Shown here in pieces: positions 31,412 through 41,445 of a stretch of DNA of 64,000 nt. How positions within the stretch are numbered: the stretch's first letter is position 1; every line of letters starts with the position of its first letter. The DNA lies in NCBI GenBank assembly GCA_937901895.1, contig CALGTD010000042.1, positions 590 to 64,589 on the forward strand. The letters run 5' to 3'. Both the position numbers and the translations under genes were made by a program. The DNA is from an uncultured Spartobacteria bacterium (GTDB lineage Bacteria > Verrucomicrobiota > Verrucomicrobiia > Chthoniobacterales > JAATET01). The notes under the pieces were generated by a model, which was given only the letters and a program-made list of their open reading frames with translations, was not told the origin of the DNA and did not search any database.

Positions 31412-31563
31412 AGGGCGGAAAATCTAGAGAGTCCCCGGGAACTCTGGAAATCGCGAAATCGGAAAAAATCGTTCGCGCCCATCGCCGGGACCCTGCACGG
31501 GATCAAGACGGGACATTCTTCCTGCTTTCCTGAGCTCCGGATTCCCCGTTTAATCCCGGCCAC

Positions 31564-32637
31564 ATGTCAGAAGGTAAATTTCGCGCAGGTGTCCTCTTTG
31601 GGGACGAGGTGAAGGAAGTTCTCGATTACGCAAAGGCGAACGAGTTTGCGCTGCCGGCGGTGAACTGCACGGGCACGAGCTCGGTGAATGCGACGCTCGC
31701 CGCGGCACGCGAGGTGAAGTCGCCGGTGATCGTTCAATTCTCGAATGGCGGCGCGCAGTTTTTCATCGGGAAGGGCGTGAAGGGCGAGAACCAGCTCGGC
31801 CCCGTGCTTGGCGGTCTCGCCGGCGCGCATTACGTGGATGCGGCCGCAAAGGCCTACGGCGTGCCGGTGATCCTGCACACCGACCACTGCGCGAAGAAGC
31901 TGCTTCCGTGGATTGACGGCCTGCTCGCCGGGAGCGAGGAGCAATTCGCGAAGACCGGCAAGCCGCTCTACAGCTCGCATATGCTCGACCTCAGCGAGGA
32001 GCCGATCGAGGAAAACATCGAGATCTGCTGCAAATACCTCGAGCGGATGGCGAAGATGGGCATGACGCTCGAGATCGAACTCGGCGTGACCGGAGGCGAG
32101 GAGGACGGCGTGGACAACTCCGGCGTCGAGGAATCCAGTCTCTACACGAAGCCCGAGGAAGTCGCCTACGCCTACGAGAAGCTGAGCGCCATTTCGCCGA
32201 ACTTCACGATCGCCGCGGCGTTCGGCAACGTGCACGGCGTCTACAAGCCGGGCAACGTGAAGCTCAAGCCGTCGATCCTCGACGCGTCGCAGAAATACAT
32301 CGAGGAGAAGTTCAAGACCGGGCCGAAGCCGGTGAACTTCGTCTTCCACGGCGGCAGCGGAAGCTCGCGCGAAGAGATTCGTGAAGCGCTCAGCTACGGC
32401 GCGGTGAAGATGAACCTCGACACCGACCTGCAGTGGGCGTTCTGGGACGGCGTCCGCGAATACGAGGCGAAGAATCACGACTACCTCCAGGCCCAGATCG
32501 GCAACCCAACGGGTCCCGATTCGCCGAACAAGAAATACTACGATCCGCGCGTCTGGCTCGGCGCCGGCGAGGCGAGCTTCACGAAGCGGCTCGTCGCCTC
32601 GTTCGAGGATCTGAACTGCATCGGGCGCAACGCGTAG
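31564..32637 (+). CDS. fba: Fructose-bisphosphate aldolase, class II
   Basis: Class II motifs (FALPAVNCTGTSSVNA, VILHTDHCAKK, FVFHGGSGS). Confidence 0.92.
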   Translation: MSEGKFRAGVLFGDEVKEVLDYAKANEFALPAVNCTGTSSVNATLAAAREVKSPVIVQFSNGGAQFFIGKGVKGENQLGPVLGGLAGAHYVDAAAKAYGVPVILHTDHCAKKLLPWIDGLLAGSEEQFAKTGKPLYSSHMLDLSEEPIEENIEICCKYLERMAKMGMTLEIELGVTGGEEDGVDNSGVEESSLYTKPEEVAYAYEKLSAISPNFTIAAAFGNVHGVYKPGNVKLKPSILDASQKYIEEKFKTGPKPVNFVFHGGSGSSREEIREALSYGAVKMNLDTDLQWAFWDGVREYEAKNHDYLQAQIGNPTGPDSPNKKYYDPRVWLGAGEASFTKRLVASFEDLNCIGRNA

Positions 32638-32654
32638 CCTGACGCGGCCATGCT

Positions 32655-32681
32655 GCCGCGGTCATTGGACCGCGGCCTTTT
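32655..32681 (+). terminator. Intrinsic terminator-like hairpin after fba
   Basis: Stem (G)CCGCGGTC / GACCGCGG(C) with loop ATTG, followed by CTTTTG. Confidence 0.45.
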
Positions 32682-32790
32682 GATTCCAGGGTGATCGGTG
32701 ATCGTGCCGGCACCCTCGCCGGCTGCTTTTTGCATGGAATCGCCGGCCATTCACCGCCAGCGGCGCACCCAGCTGCGATCGGAACATACA

Positions 32791-33456
32791 ATGCTGAAAG
32801 CCGTGATCTTCGATGTGGATGGGACGCTGGTGGATTCCGTGGACGCCCATGCGCGTTCGTGGTGGGAGACGCTGGCGGAGTTTGGGCACGACGTGGATTA
32901 CGAGCGCGTGCGGCATCAGATCGGGAAGGGCGGCGACCAGCTGATGCGCGAGTTTCTTTCCGATGCGGAGATCCGCGAAAATGGCGGGCGGATCGAGAAA
33001 GCGCGGAAGGATCGCTACATGCGGCGCTACATCGATGGCGTCCGCGGGTTTCCGAAGGTCCGGGAATTGTTTCAGCACATCCGCGACAGCGGGCGCCGCG
33101 TCGCACTCGCCTCCTCGGCGGGTGGCGATGAACTCGGAGCCTATAAGGAAAAGACGCGAATCGCAGACCTCGTCGAAGAGGAGACGTCCAAGGACGACGT
33201 CGAGCAGTCGAAGCCGCATCCGGACATTTTTCAGGCGGCGCTGGATCAGCTTTGTGGCGTGAGGGCTGCCGAGGCGATCGTCGTGGGGGATACGCCGTGG
33301 GATGCGATTGCGGCGAAGGGCGCCGGGCTGCGGATGGTGGGCGTGCTGTGCGGCGGATTCGACGAAAAGGAACTGCGCGAGGCCGGATGCATCGCGATTT
33401 TTCAAAGCCCTGCCGATCTCCTCGCCCGGTTCGATGAGTCGCCGCTTGGCGCGTAA
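32791..33456 (+). CDS. HAD-superfamily hydrolase (phosphatase, subfamily IA)
   Basis: Start at ATG 32791. HAD motif I ([16 protein letters not shown]), motif III/IV region ([15 protein letters not shown]). Confidence 0.8.
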   Translation: MLKAVIFDVDGTLVDSVDAHARSWWETLAEFGHDVDYERVRHQIGKGGDQLMREFLSDAEIRENGGRIEKARKDRYMRRYIDGVRGFPKVRELFQHIRDSGRRVALASSAGGDELGAYKEKTRIADLVEEETSKDDVEQSKPHPDIFQAALDQLCGVRAAEAIVVGDTPWDAIAAKGAGLRMVGVLCGGFDEKELREAGCIAIFQSPADLLARFDESPLGA

Positions 33457-33512
33457 ACGCCTTTACAGAGTCGCGCTTGAGGTGTCCTCTGGAAGCGAAC
33501 CCGCGCCAGACC

Positions 33513-34577
33513 ATGATCGACAACATCGTTTCCCTGCTCGGCGACAAGGCCGATTCCCTTCTCAAGCACGAGTGCAAGACGATCTCGCGCGATCTCCTGC
33601 ACCTTCCCGGTCCGGATTTTGTGGACCGCATCTTCGCTCCGAGCGACCGGAATCAGCGCGTGCTGAACAACCTGCACTGGATGTATCGGCACGGCCGGCT
33701 CGGCGGCACGGGCTACATGTCGATTCTGCCGGTCGATCAAGGCATCGAGCACTCGGCCGGTGCGAGCTTCGCGGCGAACCCGATCTACTTCGATCCGGAG
33801 AGAATCATCGAACTCGCGATCGAGGGTGGTTGCAATGCGGTGGCCTCGACGTTCGGCGTGCTCGGGATGTGTGCCCGCAAATACGCGCACAAGATTCCGT
33901 TCCTCGTGAAGATCAATCACAACGAGCTCCTCACGTATCCGAACGAATACAAGGAGATCCTCTTCGGCACCATCGAGCAGGCCTACGACATGGGTGCGGC
34001 CGCTGTCGGTGCGACCGTGTATTTCGGAAGCGACGACGCGCATCACGAGATCGTTCAGATCGCCGAGGCCTTCGCGCATGCGCACGAGCTGGGCATGGCG
34101 ACCGTGCTCTGGTGCTACCTGCGCAATCCCGCGTTCAAGAAAGGCAAGGATTACCATGTCTCCGCCGACCTCACCGGGCAGGCGAATCACCTCGGTGTCA
34201 CGATCGGCGCCGACATCATCAAGCAGAAGCTCCCCGAAAACAACGGCGGCTACAAGGCGCTGAACACCGGCAGCTCGTCCTATGGCAAGCTCGACGAGCG
34301 CATCTACACGGAACTCACGAGCGATCATCCGATCGACCTCTGCCGCTACCAGGTCGCGAATTGCTACATGGGCCGCGCGGGCTTGATCAATTCCGGCGGT
34401 CCCTCGGGCAAGCACGATTTCCAGGATGCCGTCTTCACCGCAGTCGTGAACAAGCGCGCGGGCGGCACCGGTCTCATCAGCGGACGCAAGGCCTTTCAGC
34501 GCCCGATGGCCGAGGGTGTGAAACTGCTCAACACGATCCAGGACGTCTACCTCTGCAAGGACGTCACGATTGCGTAG
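33513..34577 (+). CDS. fbaB: Fructose-bisphosphate aldolase, class I (FbaB/DhnA type)
   Basis: Start at ATG 33513. It resembles E. coli FbaB, as I recall that sequence, along the full length ([25 protein letters not shown]; [25 protein letters not shown]; [12 protein letters not shown]). Confidence 0.88.
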   Translation: MIDNIVSLLGDKADSLLKHECKTISRDLLHLPGPDFVDRIFAPSDRNQRVLNNLHWMYRHGRLGGTGYMSILPVDQGIEHSAGASFAANPIYFDPERIIELAIEGGCNAVASTFGVLGMCARKYAHKIPFLVKINHNELLTYPNEYKEILFGTIEQAYDMGAAAVGATVYFGSDDAHHEIVQIAEAFAHAHELGMATVLWCYLRNPAFKKGKDYHVSADLTGQANHLGVTIGADIIKQKLPENNGGYKALNTGSSSYGKLDERIYTELTSDHPIDLCRYQVANCYMGRAGLINSGGPSGKHDFQDAVFTAVVNKRAGGTGLISGRKAFQRPMAEGVKLLNTIQDVYLCKDVTIA

Positions 34578-34647
34578 GCGGGAATTCCCGGGACGATTCG
34601 ATCAAAAACGGGTGGACAGACCTGATGGTCTGACTACTTGTTTTTAG

Positions 34648-35851
34648 GCGCATAAACGACTGGGGCTTTTTCTCGCCGTTCTTCCCCTTGCCGGGGCGTT
34701 TGCCGGGATTCCCACCTATCGCCCTCTCGACTCCTTCGGCTCCGCCGGAAACGGTGCCGGCCAGTTCGAGGAGGCGTCGCTTATTGCGCTGAATCCCTCG
34801 TCCGGGCAGGTGTATGTGACGGACTGGAAGATGAATCGCGTCGTGCGGTTCAGCGCGACGGGCGCGTTCCTGAGTCAATGGGGGACCATGGGCTCCGCGA
34901 ACAATCAGTTCGATTTCCCGTGGGGCATTGCGGTCGATCCCGCGGACGGAAAGGTTTACGTGAGTGACCGCTCGAACCATCGGGTTTCCATCTTCACCTC
35001 GGACGGCTCGTTCGAGAGCAAGTTCGGCATGATGGGCGAAGGGGCGGGACAGCTCCTCGCACCGAGTGGGGTCGCGGTCTCGCAGCCCACCGGGCAGATC
35101 TACGTCGCGGAAAATGGCAACTCGCGAATCCAGCGATTCGGGCTGTCGAAACACGACTATCTCAGCCAGTGGGGATCGATCGGTGGCGGCGACGGGAAGT
35201 TCGTCGAGCCCGGTGACATCGCCGTTTCAAACGACGGCCAGACCATCTACGTGAGCGACACGGCCAAATACGTCGTGCAGGTCTTCGACGCGGGTGGATA
35301 TTTCCGATTCAAGTTCGGCGGTGCCGGCACTGCAGCGGGGAAATTCGACGTTCCGGTCGGTCGCCGTCGACTCGAAGAACCGCGTGTATGTCGCCGACTA
35401 CGGAAACGACCGCGTGCAGGTCTTCTCGCCCGCCGGCGAATTTCTCACGAGCTTCGGAACCAGCGGCAGCGGTCTGGGGCAGATGAGCGAGCCCCAGGAC
35501 ATCGCCATTTCTCCGTCGGGCATCGTCTACGTCGTCGATGCGGGAAATCACCGCATCCAGCGCTGGCAGCTCGTCGAGACAAGCACCGCGCCTGTTTTGG
35601 AGATCAAAGGGAAAAAGAAAATCCGGACGTCCTCTGCCACCAGGGTCCTTCGGGGCTCGGTCGCCGATGCCGACGGCGACGCCGTGACGGTCACCGCCCG
35701 CATTGGCAGGAAGAAGGCGCGTGTTTCAGGGACCACGAGCTGGTCGCTGCGAGCACGGCTGAGCCCGGGCAGGAACAAGGTCGTCATTACCGCCAGGGAT
35801 GCCGCGGGCGCGACCACCCGGCAGGTCGTCCGGATCCTGCGAACCTCGTAA
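34648..35851 (+). pseudogene. NHL-repeat beta-propeller protein, frameshifted and lacking a canonical start codon
   Basis: NHL repeats run in frame 1 to GKFDVP (about 35355) and continue in the +1 frame from RSVAVDSKNRVYVADYGNDRVQVF (ORF 35294-35851). A signal-peptide-like segment (HKRLGLFLAVLPLAGAFAG) is encoded in frame directly after a TAG stop at 34645. There is no ATG, GTG or TTG before the GTG at 34810. Confidence 0.6.
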
Positions 35852-35906
35852 CGCGCCGGCTGTTTTCGGACTCGCAAGAACGTTCGAATACTGCGAGCCA
35901 ATCGGA

Positions 35907-36521
35907 GTGACAGAGAACCAACTCGATTGGGCGCGCCGGCTCGCAGCCATCGCCCAAAACGGCCTGCATTTCTCCACAAATTCCTACGACCGTGAACGTT
36001 TCGAGCAGGTGCGTGAAATTGTGGCGGAGATGCTCGCCGCTCCAGATGCTCGCCGGGCATTGATCGAGACCCTGGCGCTGGAGACCGGCTATTCGACGCC
36101 GAAAGTGGATACGCGTGCGGTCGTGTTGAGCGAAGGCCGTCTGCTGCTGGCCCGGGAGATGATGGATGGATTGTGGTCCCTTCCGGGCGGATGGGCGGAT
36201 CCCGGGGAAAGCCCCTCGCAGAACTGCGTTCGCGAAGTGCGTGAGGAGACCGGCCTGCACGTGCGGGCGGTGCGATTGCTGGCGGTTTATGATCGCGAGC
36301 TTCACGAGCATCCGACGAAATTTTTTCCGCACGTCTACAAGCTCTTTGTGCACTGCGAAATCGTTGGCGGGGAATTGACGCCGAGCGATGAAACGCCGGA
36401 GGTGGGGTTTTTCGATCCTGGAGCCCTGCCCCCGCTTTCGCTATCGCGTGTGACGTCGCGTCAGATCGCCCGTTGTCTGGAGCTCATCGCGGATCCCGCC
36501 TCGGGTGCCGATTTCGATTGA
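35907..36521 (+). CDS. NUDIX hydrolase with N-terminal Nudix_N-type helical domain
   Basis: Nudix box GGWADPGESPSQNCVREVREETGL. The N-terminal domain includes LDWARRLAAIAQNGLHFSTNSYDRERFEQV. The start is assumed to be GTG 35907, because the upstream part of the ORF overlaps the NHL gene. Confidence 0.75.
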   Translation: MTENQLDWARRLAAIAQNGLHFSTNSYDRERFEQVREIVAEMLAAPDARRALIETLALETGYSTPKVDTRAVVLSEGRLLLAREMMDGLWSLPGGWADPGESPSQNCVREVREETGLHVRAVRLLAVYDRELHEHPTKFFPHVYKLFVHCEIVGGELTPSDETPEVGFFDPGALPPLSLSRVTSRQIARCLELIADPASGADFD

Positions 36522-36556
36522 GCCGGCGGAAAGCCACGACGCATCCTGCCCGCGAA

Positions 36557-37651
36557 ATGGTCCGCGTCCTTCACGTCATCGACAGCCTCGATCTCGGCGG
36601 CGCGCAGACCGCGTTGTTGAACCTGCTGAAATACGCGGACCGCTCGCAGTTTCATCACGAGGTCGCGGCGATGCACGGCGAGGGGATGTTTGCCGCAGCG
36701 TTTCGCGATCTCGGCGTGCCGGTGCATTCCCTCTCGGCGCATCGGTTTCCACCCGGCTATCTCGTGAACCTTCCCCGCCTGCTGCGGGGTGGGAGTTTCG
36801 ACATCGCGCAGTTTCATCTTTTCGGGGCGAACTGGATTGCGAAGCCGCTTGCTGCGCTGTGTGGCGTGAGATGCCGCTATCACCACGACCAGTGCAATGA
36901 CGCATTCCGGTCCGAATCGCGAATAGCGACTGCCATCGACACCCTCACGAACCGTCTGTCCACACGTATCCTTGCGGTGTCGCGATCGGTCGAGCAGTTC
37001 AATCTGCGCGTGGAAGGCTGGCCGTCGGAACGTGTGACCTTCCTGCCAAACAGCGTGGATACGGAGGAGTTCCGGCCCGCCTCCGAAGCGGAACGGGCGG
37101 AGGCGCGGCGGAGATTTGAACTTCCTCCGGACGCTTTCGTGATCGGAGGGGTCGGTCGGCATACACCCCAAAAGAATTTCGGGTTGTTGCTCGATGCCGC
37201 GCCGTCCGATGCAGTCCTTGTCCTGTTCGGCTCGGGTCCGGAGGAGGCGATGCTTCGTGAACGCGCGGGCGCGAATGTCCGCTTTACCGGGACGGTGAAC
37301 GACCGCGCCGCGATCTATCGCGCGATCGATATCCTCGCATTGCCCTCCCGCTTCGAAGGTCTGCCGATGACGGTTCTGGAGGCGATGGCGTCGGGTGTTC
37401 CCGTTGCGGCATCCAGCGTGGATGGTGTTCGCGAAATCGCCACCGACGGTGAAACGGCTCTGCTTTTCGAGTCCGGGGATGCGGCGGGCCTGCGCGGAGC
37501 TCTTGAGCAGCTTCAAGCGGACGCCGAGCTGAGGACGCGGCTGGCGGAAGCCGGCCGGGTGCTGGTGACGGAGAGGTTCTGCGCGCGGTTGCTGGCCGCC
37601 GAACTGGAGCGCATTTACCGGCATGATCTCGATCGGCTTGCTGCGAAATAG
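36557..37651 (+). CDS. Glycosyltransferase family 4 (GT-B, GT1/GT4 type)
   Basis: Start at ATG 36557 (MVRVLHVIDSLDLGGAQ). C-terminal EX7E region SRFEGLPMTVLEAMASGVPVAAS. Confidence 0.8.
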   Translation: MVRVLHVIDSLDLGGAQTALLNLLKYADRSQFHHEVAAMHGEGMFAAAFRDLGVPVHSLSAHRFPPGYLVNLPRLLRGGSFDIAQFHLFGANWIAKPLAALCGVRCRYHHDQCNDAFRSESRIATAIDTLTNRLSTRILAVSRSVEQFNLRVEGWPSERVTFLPNSVDTEEFRPASEAERAEARRRFELPPDAFVIGGVGRHTPQKNFGLLLDAAPSDAVLVLFGSGPEEAMLRERAGANVRFTGTVNDRAAIYRAIDILALPSRFEGLPMTVLEAMASGVPVAASSVDGVREIATDGETALLFESGDAAGLRGALEQLQADAELRTRLAEAGRVLVTERFCARLLAAELERIYRHDLDRLAAK

Positions 37652-38024
37652 TGCGATCGCCTGCGCACTTGGGCTCGCTGGTTGTGCGACCCAGACCTTC
37701 GCGCCGAATGCCGCCCCGGAGTATCTCGTCACGCGAAACGACTCCCCGTTTTACGAGCTTGGACCGAACCAGTTTGCGCCGCCGGAGGAGCGACTGGATG
37801 CGGGGGAGCGGGTGCGGATGTTGCGCAGGGAGTTTGGATACAGCCGGGTGCTTCTTCCGTCCGGGATGGCGGGATATATGGCAAATGACGACCTTGCGCC
37901 GGCTCCGTCCGGCCTGCCAGCGGAGGTGCCGGAGGGTTCTGCGCGAGGGGGCGTTCCGGTGGTGGACGATGCGCCGCTGCCCGACTTCGACGAAGCGCCA
38001 CCCGACGAGCCGGCGGGCCTTTGA
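37623..38024 (+). CDS. Small lipoprotein (SH3-like domain?)
   Basis: Lipobox MISIGLLRNSAIACALGLAGC|AT, with a Pro-rich C-terminus. It overlaps the GT4 gene end by 29 nt. Confidence 0.5.
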   Translation: MISIGLLRNSAIACALGLAGCATQTFAPNAAPEYLVTRNDSPFYELGPNQFAPPEERLDAGERVRMLRREFGYSRVLLPSGMAGYMANDDLAPAPSGLPAEVPEGSARGGVPVVDDAPLPDFDEAPPDEPAGL

Positions 38025-38093
38025 GCAGCGACCACCGCTGTAACGCGGACGATCGTCTTGTGCCGGGCAGGGATTCCGGGCGATTCTGCACGG

Positions 38094-39416
38094 ATGCTGG
38101 TCCACGACACGATTGCCGCGCTTTCCACGCCTCCGGGCGAGGGGGCGATCGCTGTCGTCCGGGTTTCCGGACCCGATATTCGCTCCATCGCGGCCAAGAT
38201 CTTCCTGGGGCCGCCGCTGACTCCGCGTGCGGCGGTGTTCGGACGCATCGTCAATGCCGCGGGGCCGGTTGACGACGTGGTAGTGACCTGGTTCCAGGGG
38301 CCCGCGAGCTACACGGGTGAGGACGTGCTGGAGATTTCCTGCCATGGCGGCGTGCTGATCTCGGCGAGCGTGCTTGAGACGGTGCTGGCCGCCGGCGCAA
38401 GGGCTGCAGGACCGGGGGAATTTACGCAACGGGCGTTCCTCAACGGTAAAATGGACCTCACACAGGCGGAGGCGGTGATGGATTTGATCCGCGCGCAAAC
38501 TCCGCTCGCGGCGCGAGCCGCCGCAGAGCAGCTCCGGGGGCGGATCGGCTCGGAGATTTCGGCAATCCGCGATGCGTTGCTCGACATCGTCGCGCATGTC
38601 GAGGCCTACATCGATTTCCCGGATGAGGACATCGACCCCGACACCGATGCCGCGCTGCGGAGCCGCATTGAGGATGTTCGCCGGCGCATCGGCGCGCTTC
38701 TTGCGACTGCCGAGGAGGGGCGCGTTCTGCGCGAGGGAGTGCGACTGGCGATCTGCGGTCGTCCAAACGCCGGCAAGTCGAGCCTGCTGAACCGCCTGCT
38801 CGGCTTCGAGCGCGCGATTGTGAGTCCGACGCCGGGCACGACCCGCGACACGGTGGAGGACGTGGCAAGCCTCCGTGGAATACCGTTCCGGCTCATCGAC
38901 ACCGCGGGTTTGCGGGAAACTCCCGATGCGATCGAGCGCGAGGGGGTTCGTCGTGCCAGGGAGGCGGTGGAACGGGCGGATGTGATCGTTCATCTCGTGG
39001 ATGCGACGGCCGCCGGTGATGCGGGCGAACCGGTGGCGAAGAACGAAATCGTCGTTTTCAACAAGATCGACCTTCTGCCCGACGACGAGCGAGGTGTGGT
39101 TCCGCAAGACGCACCGGCAATATCCTGTGCGACGGGCGAAGGTATCGAGGCCTTGATCGATGTGATCGTGTCGCGCGTGCGCCGCGAGCCGGAAGGCGGA
39201 ACGACGAATCTGGCTGCAATCAATGCGCGACATCAGGCATGCCTGATCCGGGCGGATGCCGCACTCGGAGAGGCGCTGGAGCGGTTTCAGGAGGCGCCGG
39301 AATTCGTGGCCGTGCATCTGCGGGCCGCGATGGATGCCGTCGGAGAAGTAACCGGCGTCGTGGACACCGAGGACATCCTTGGGCGAATCTTCGGCACCTT
39401 TTGCATTGGAAAATGA
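38094..39416 (+). CDS. mnmE: tRNA modification GTPase MnmE (TrmE)
   Basis: Start at ATG 38094 (MLVHDTIAALSTPPGEGAIAVVRVSG). G1 motif GRPNAGKSSLLN and the C-terminal FCIGK signature. Confidence 0.93.
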   Translation: MLVHDTIAALSTPPGEGAIAVVRVSGPDIRSIAAKIFLGPPLTPRAAVFGRIVNAAGPVDDVVVTWFQGPASYTGEDVLEISCHGGVLISASVLETVLAAGARAAGPGEFTQRAFLNGKMDLTQAEAVMDLIRAQTPLAARAAAEQLRGRIGSEISAIRDALLDIVAHVEAYIDFPDEDIDPDTDAALRSRIEDVRRRIGALLATAEEGRVLREGVRLAICGRPNAGKSSLLNRLLGFERAIVSPTPGTTRDTVEDVASLRGIPFRLIDTAGLRETPDAIEREGVRRAREAVERADVIVHLVDATAAGDAGEPVAKNEIVVFNKIDLLPDDERGVVPQDAPAISCATGEGIEALIDVIVSRVRREPEGGTTNLAAINARHQACLIRADAALGEALERFQEAPEFVAVHLRAAMDAVGEVTGVVDTEDILGRIFGTFCIGK

Positions 39417-39444
39417 ATGCCCGTCCACGGGCGCACGGAAGAGA

Positions 39445-40443
39445 ATGAACGTTTACGAATTGCTGCGACCCCTGCTGTTTCAGATGGATGCCGAGACGGC
39501 GCATCATTTCGCGCTCGGGGCGCTGGAAGCGGCTCCGACGTTTGCGCTGAGGGCGGTGTTTGGCAGTGCTCCGGTTTTTCCGGTGGAGGTTTGTGGAATC
39601 CGGTTTCCGAACCCGGTGGGCCTCGCGGCGGGGATGGACAAGAACGCAGTCGCGCTGCGCGCCTGGGAGGCGCTGGGCTTCGGCTTTGTCGAGGTTGGAA
39701 CGATCACGGCAAAGGCGCAGCCGGGAAATCCGAAACCCCGCATGTTTCGCTATCCCGAAATCGGCGCGTTGATCAACCGGATGGGGTTCAACAACGACGG
39801 CGCGGATGCCGTCGCAGCGCGGCTGGATCGCGAAAAATCCGCGAGGCGATGGCCGTCGATTCCGGTGGGAATCAATCTCGGAAAATCGAAGATCACGGAA
39901 CTGGCTGACGCGCCGGGCGACTATCTGCACAGTTATCGCGCGCTGCTTCCCTTCGGGGATTACTTCGTCGTGAACGTGAGTTCGCCGAACACTCCGGGCC
40001 TGCGTGAACTGCAGGATCGGGACGCGCTGGCCGGGATCGTGCGCACACTGCGGGACCACGATGCTGCGAAACCGCTGTTCGTGAAGATCGCGCCGGACCT
40101 GAGTGACGCGCAGGTGGACGTCATCGTCGAACTCGTCGAGACGGAGGGCCTTTCCGGAGTGATCGCAACAAACACAACCCTCGACCACTCACCGGTGCCG
40201 GCCGGGCGCGACGAGACAGGCGGCCTGAGCGGTGCGCCGTTGCGGGCGCGTGCGCTGGAGGTGTTGCGCCGGCTGCGTGCGGGGACCGGGCGCCCGATCG
40301 TGGCGTCCGGGGGAATCATGAACGGCGCGGATGCCCGCGATCGAATGGAAGCCGGCGCCGCTCTCGTGCAGATTTACACGGGATTTGTCTATCGTGGGCC
40401 GGGATTGATTCGCGAAATCACCGCGGAAATCCAGCGGAGATGA
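39445..40443 (+). CDS. pyrD: Dihydroorotate dehydrogenase (quinone), class 2
   Basis: Start at ATG 39445. Motifs GLAAGMDKN, GFGFVEVGTIT, NVSSPNTPGLR and SGGI. Confidence 0.92.
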   Translation: MNVYELLRPLLFQMDAETAHHFALGALEAAPTFALRAVFGSAPVFPVEVCGIRFPNPVGLAAGMDKNAVALRAWEALGFGFVEVGTITAKAQPGNPKPRMFRYPEIGALINRMGFNNDGADAVAARLDREKSARRWPSIPVGINLGKSKITELADAPGDYLHSYRALLPFGDYFVVNVSSPNTPGLRELQDRDALAGIVRTLRDHDAAKPLFVKIAPDLSDAQVDVIVELVETEGLSGVIATNTTLDHSPVPAGRDETGGLSGAPLRARALEVLRRLRAGTGRPIVASGGIMNGADARDRMEAGAALVQIYTGFVYRGPGLIREITAEIQRR

Positions 40444-40512
40444 CGGGATTTGCCCGAGAACGGGTGTCCGTTTGCTTCCAATTCCGCGGATTCTGGTAAT
40501 GCTGTTCTTCTC

Positions 40513-41394
40513 ATGACTGACTGGAAATCGACAACGCTCACCCTCGGCCATTCTCCGGATCCGGACGATGCCTTCATGTTCTACGCGATGGCGGAGGAGA
40601 AAATCGATCTGCGTGGATATCGGTTTGAGCACATCCTGCAGGACATCCAGACGCTGAACGAGCGGGCGTCGCGCGGCGAGCTGCACATCACGGCGGTGTC
40701 GATTCACTCGCTCGCCTACGTGTTGGACAAGTATGCGTTGCTGCCGAGTGGAGCGAGCATGGGGGACGGATACGGACCGATGTTTGTTGTGAACCGGGGC
40801 GCCGGTCCGGTGGAGAGCGCGAGTGAAGACGAGCGCCGGCAATGGTTGCTGGACCGAAAAATCGCGGTGCCCGGGCGGATGACCAGTGCATTCCTTGCGG
40901 CGCAGCTCTTTCTCGATCGGAAGGATTTCGACCACCTCGTGGTTCCGTTCGATGAAATCTTCGATGCGGTGCGCACCGGTAAAGCCGACGTCGGATTGAT
41001 TATCCATGAAGGCCAGCTGACCTATGGACGCGAGGGATTCGACCTCGTGCTGGATCTTGGGGCGTGGTGGAAGGGAAGAAAGGGCCTGCCGCTGCCGCTT
41101 GGGGGCAACGTGGTTCGGAAGGATATTCCCCCGGAGGTCCGGCTCGAACTTGCGGACATTCTTCACGAAAGCATTGCCTACGGTCTGCGCGACCGGAAGC
41201 CGGCGGTGGACCACAGCATGAAGCACGCGCGTGGTATGGACGTGCCGCTGGCCGACGAATTCATCGGGATGTATGTGAACGACTACACGCTCGACTACGG
41301 CGAGAAGGGACGTCGTGCGATTCGGGAGTTTCTTGGCGAGGCGCATGAGGCGGGATTGATCCCGCAGCCGGTCGAGCTGGAGTTCGTGGAGTGA
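40513..41394 (+). CDS. MqnA/MqnD-family (VitK2 biosynthesis, futalosine pathway) periplasmic-binding-fold protein
   Basis: Start at ATG 40513. It has the conserved N-terminus LTLGHSPDPDDAFMFYAM and a PBP-like fold length of 293 aa. The exact step (MqnA, MqnD or a paralogue) cannot be told by eye. Confidence 0.65.
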   Translation: MTDWKSTTLTLGHSPDPDDAFMFYAMAEEKIDLRGYRFEHILQDIQTLNERASRGELHITAVSIHSLAYVLDKYALLPSGASMGDGYGPMFVVNRGAGPVESASEDERRQWLLDRKIAVPGRMTSAFLAAQLFLDRKDFDHLVVPFDEIFDAVRTGKADVGLIIHEGQLTYGREGFDLVLDLGAWWKGRKGLPLPLGGNVVRKDIPPEVRLELADILHESIAYGLRDRKPAVDHSMKHARGMDVPLADEFIGMYVNDYTLDYGEKGRRAIREFLGEAHEAGLIPQPVELEFVE

Positions 41395-41445
41395 GCGTTT
41401 GAATTCACGCCCCGTGTCCCGCGACGGGCGGGAGGTGTGAGAATT

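Noticed and set aside
34617-34647. Weak hairpin CAGACC-TGAT-GGTCTG plus TTGTTTTT after fbaB, considered as a terminator.
   Set aside because: The stem is only 6 bp and the T-run is separated from it by 7 nt. This is too weak to call from sequence alone, so it is mentioned only as context for the missing start codon of the NHL gene.
35799-35906. N-terminal extensions of ORF-track models. Examples are NUDIX from 35799, alaS from 26026, GT4 from 36473, mnmE from 38058, pyrD from 39379, HAD from 32698, fbaB from 33477 and carA from 58463.
   Set aside because: The extended parts overlap upstream genes or encode Arg/Gly-rich junk. Conserved N-termini begin at the internal starts used in the feature table.
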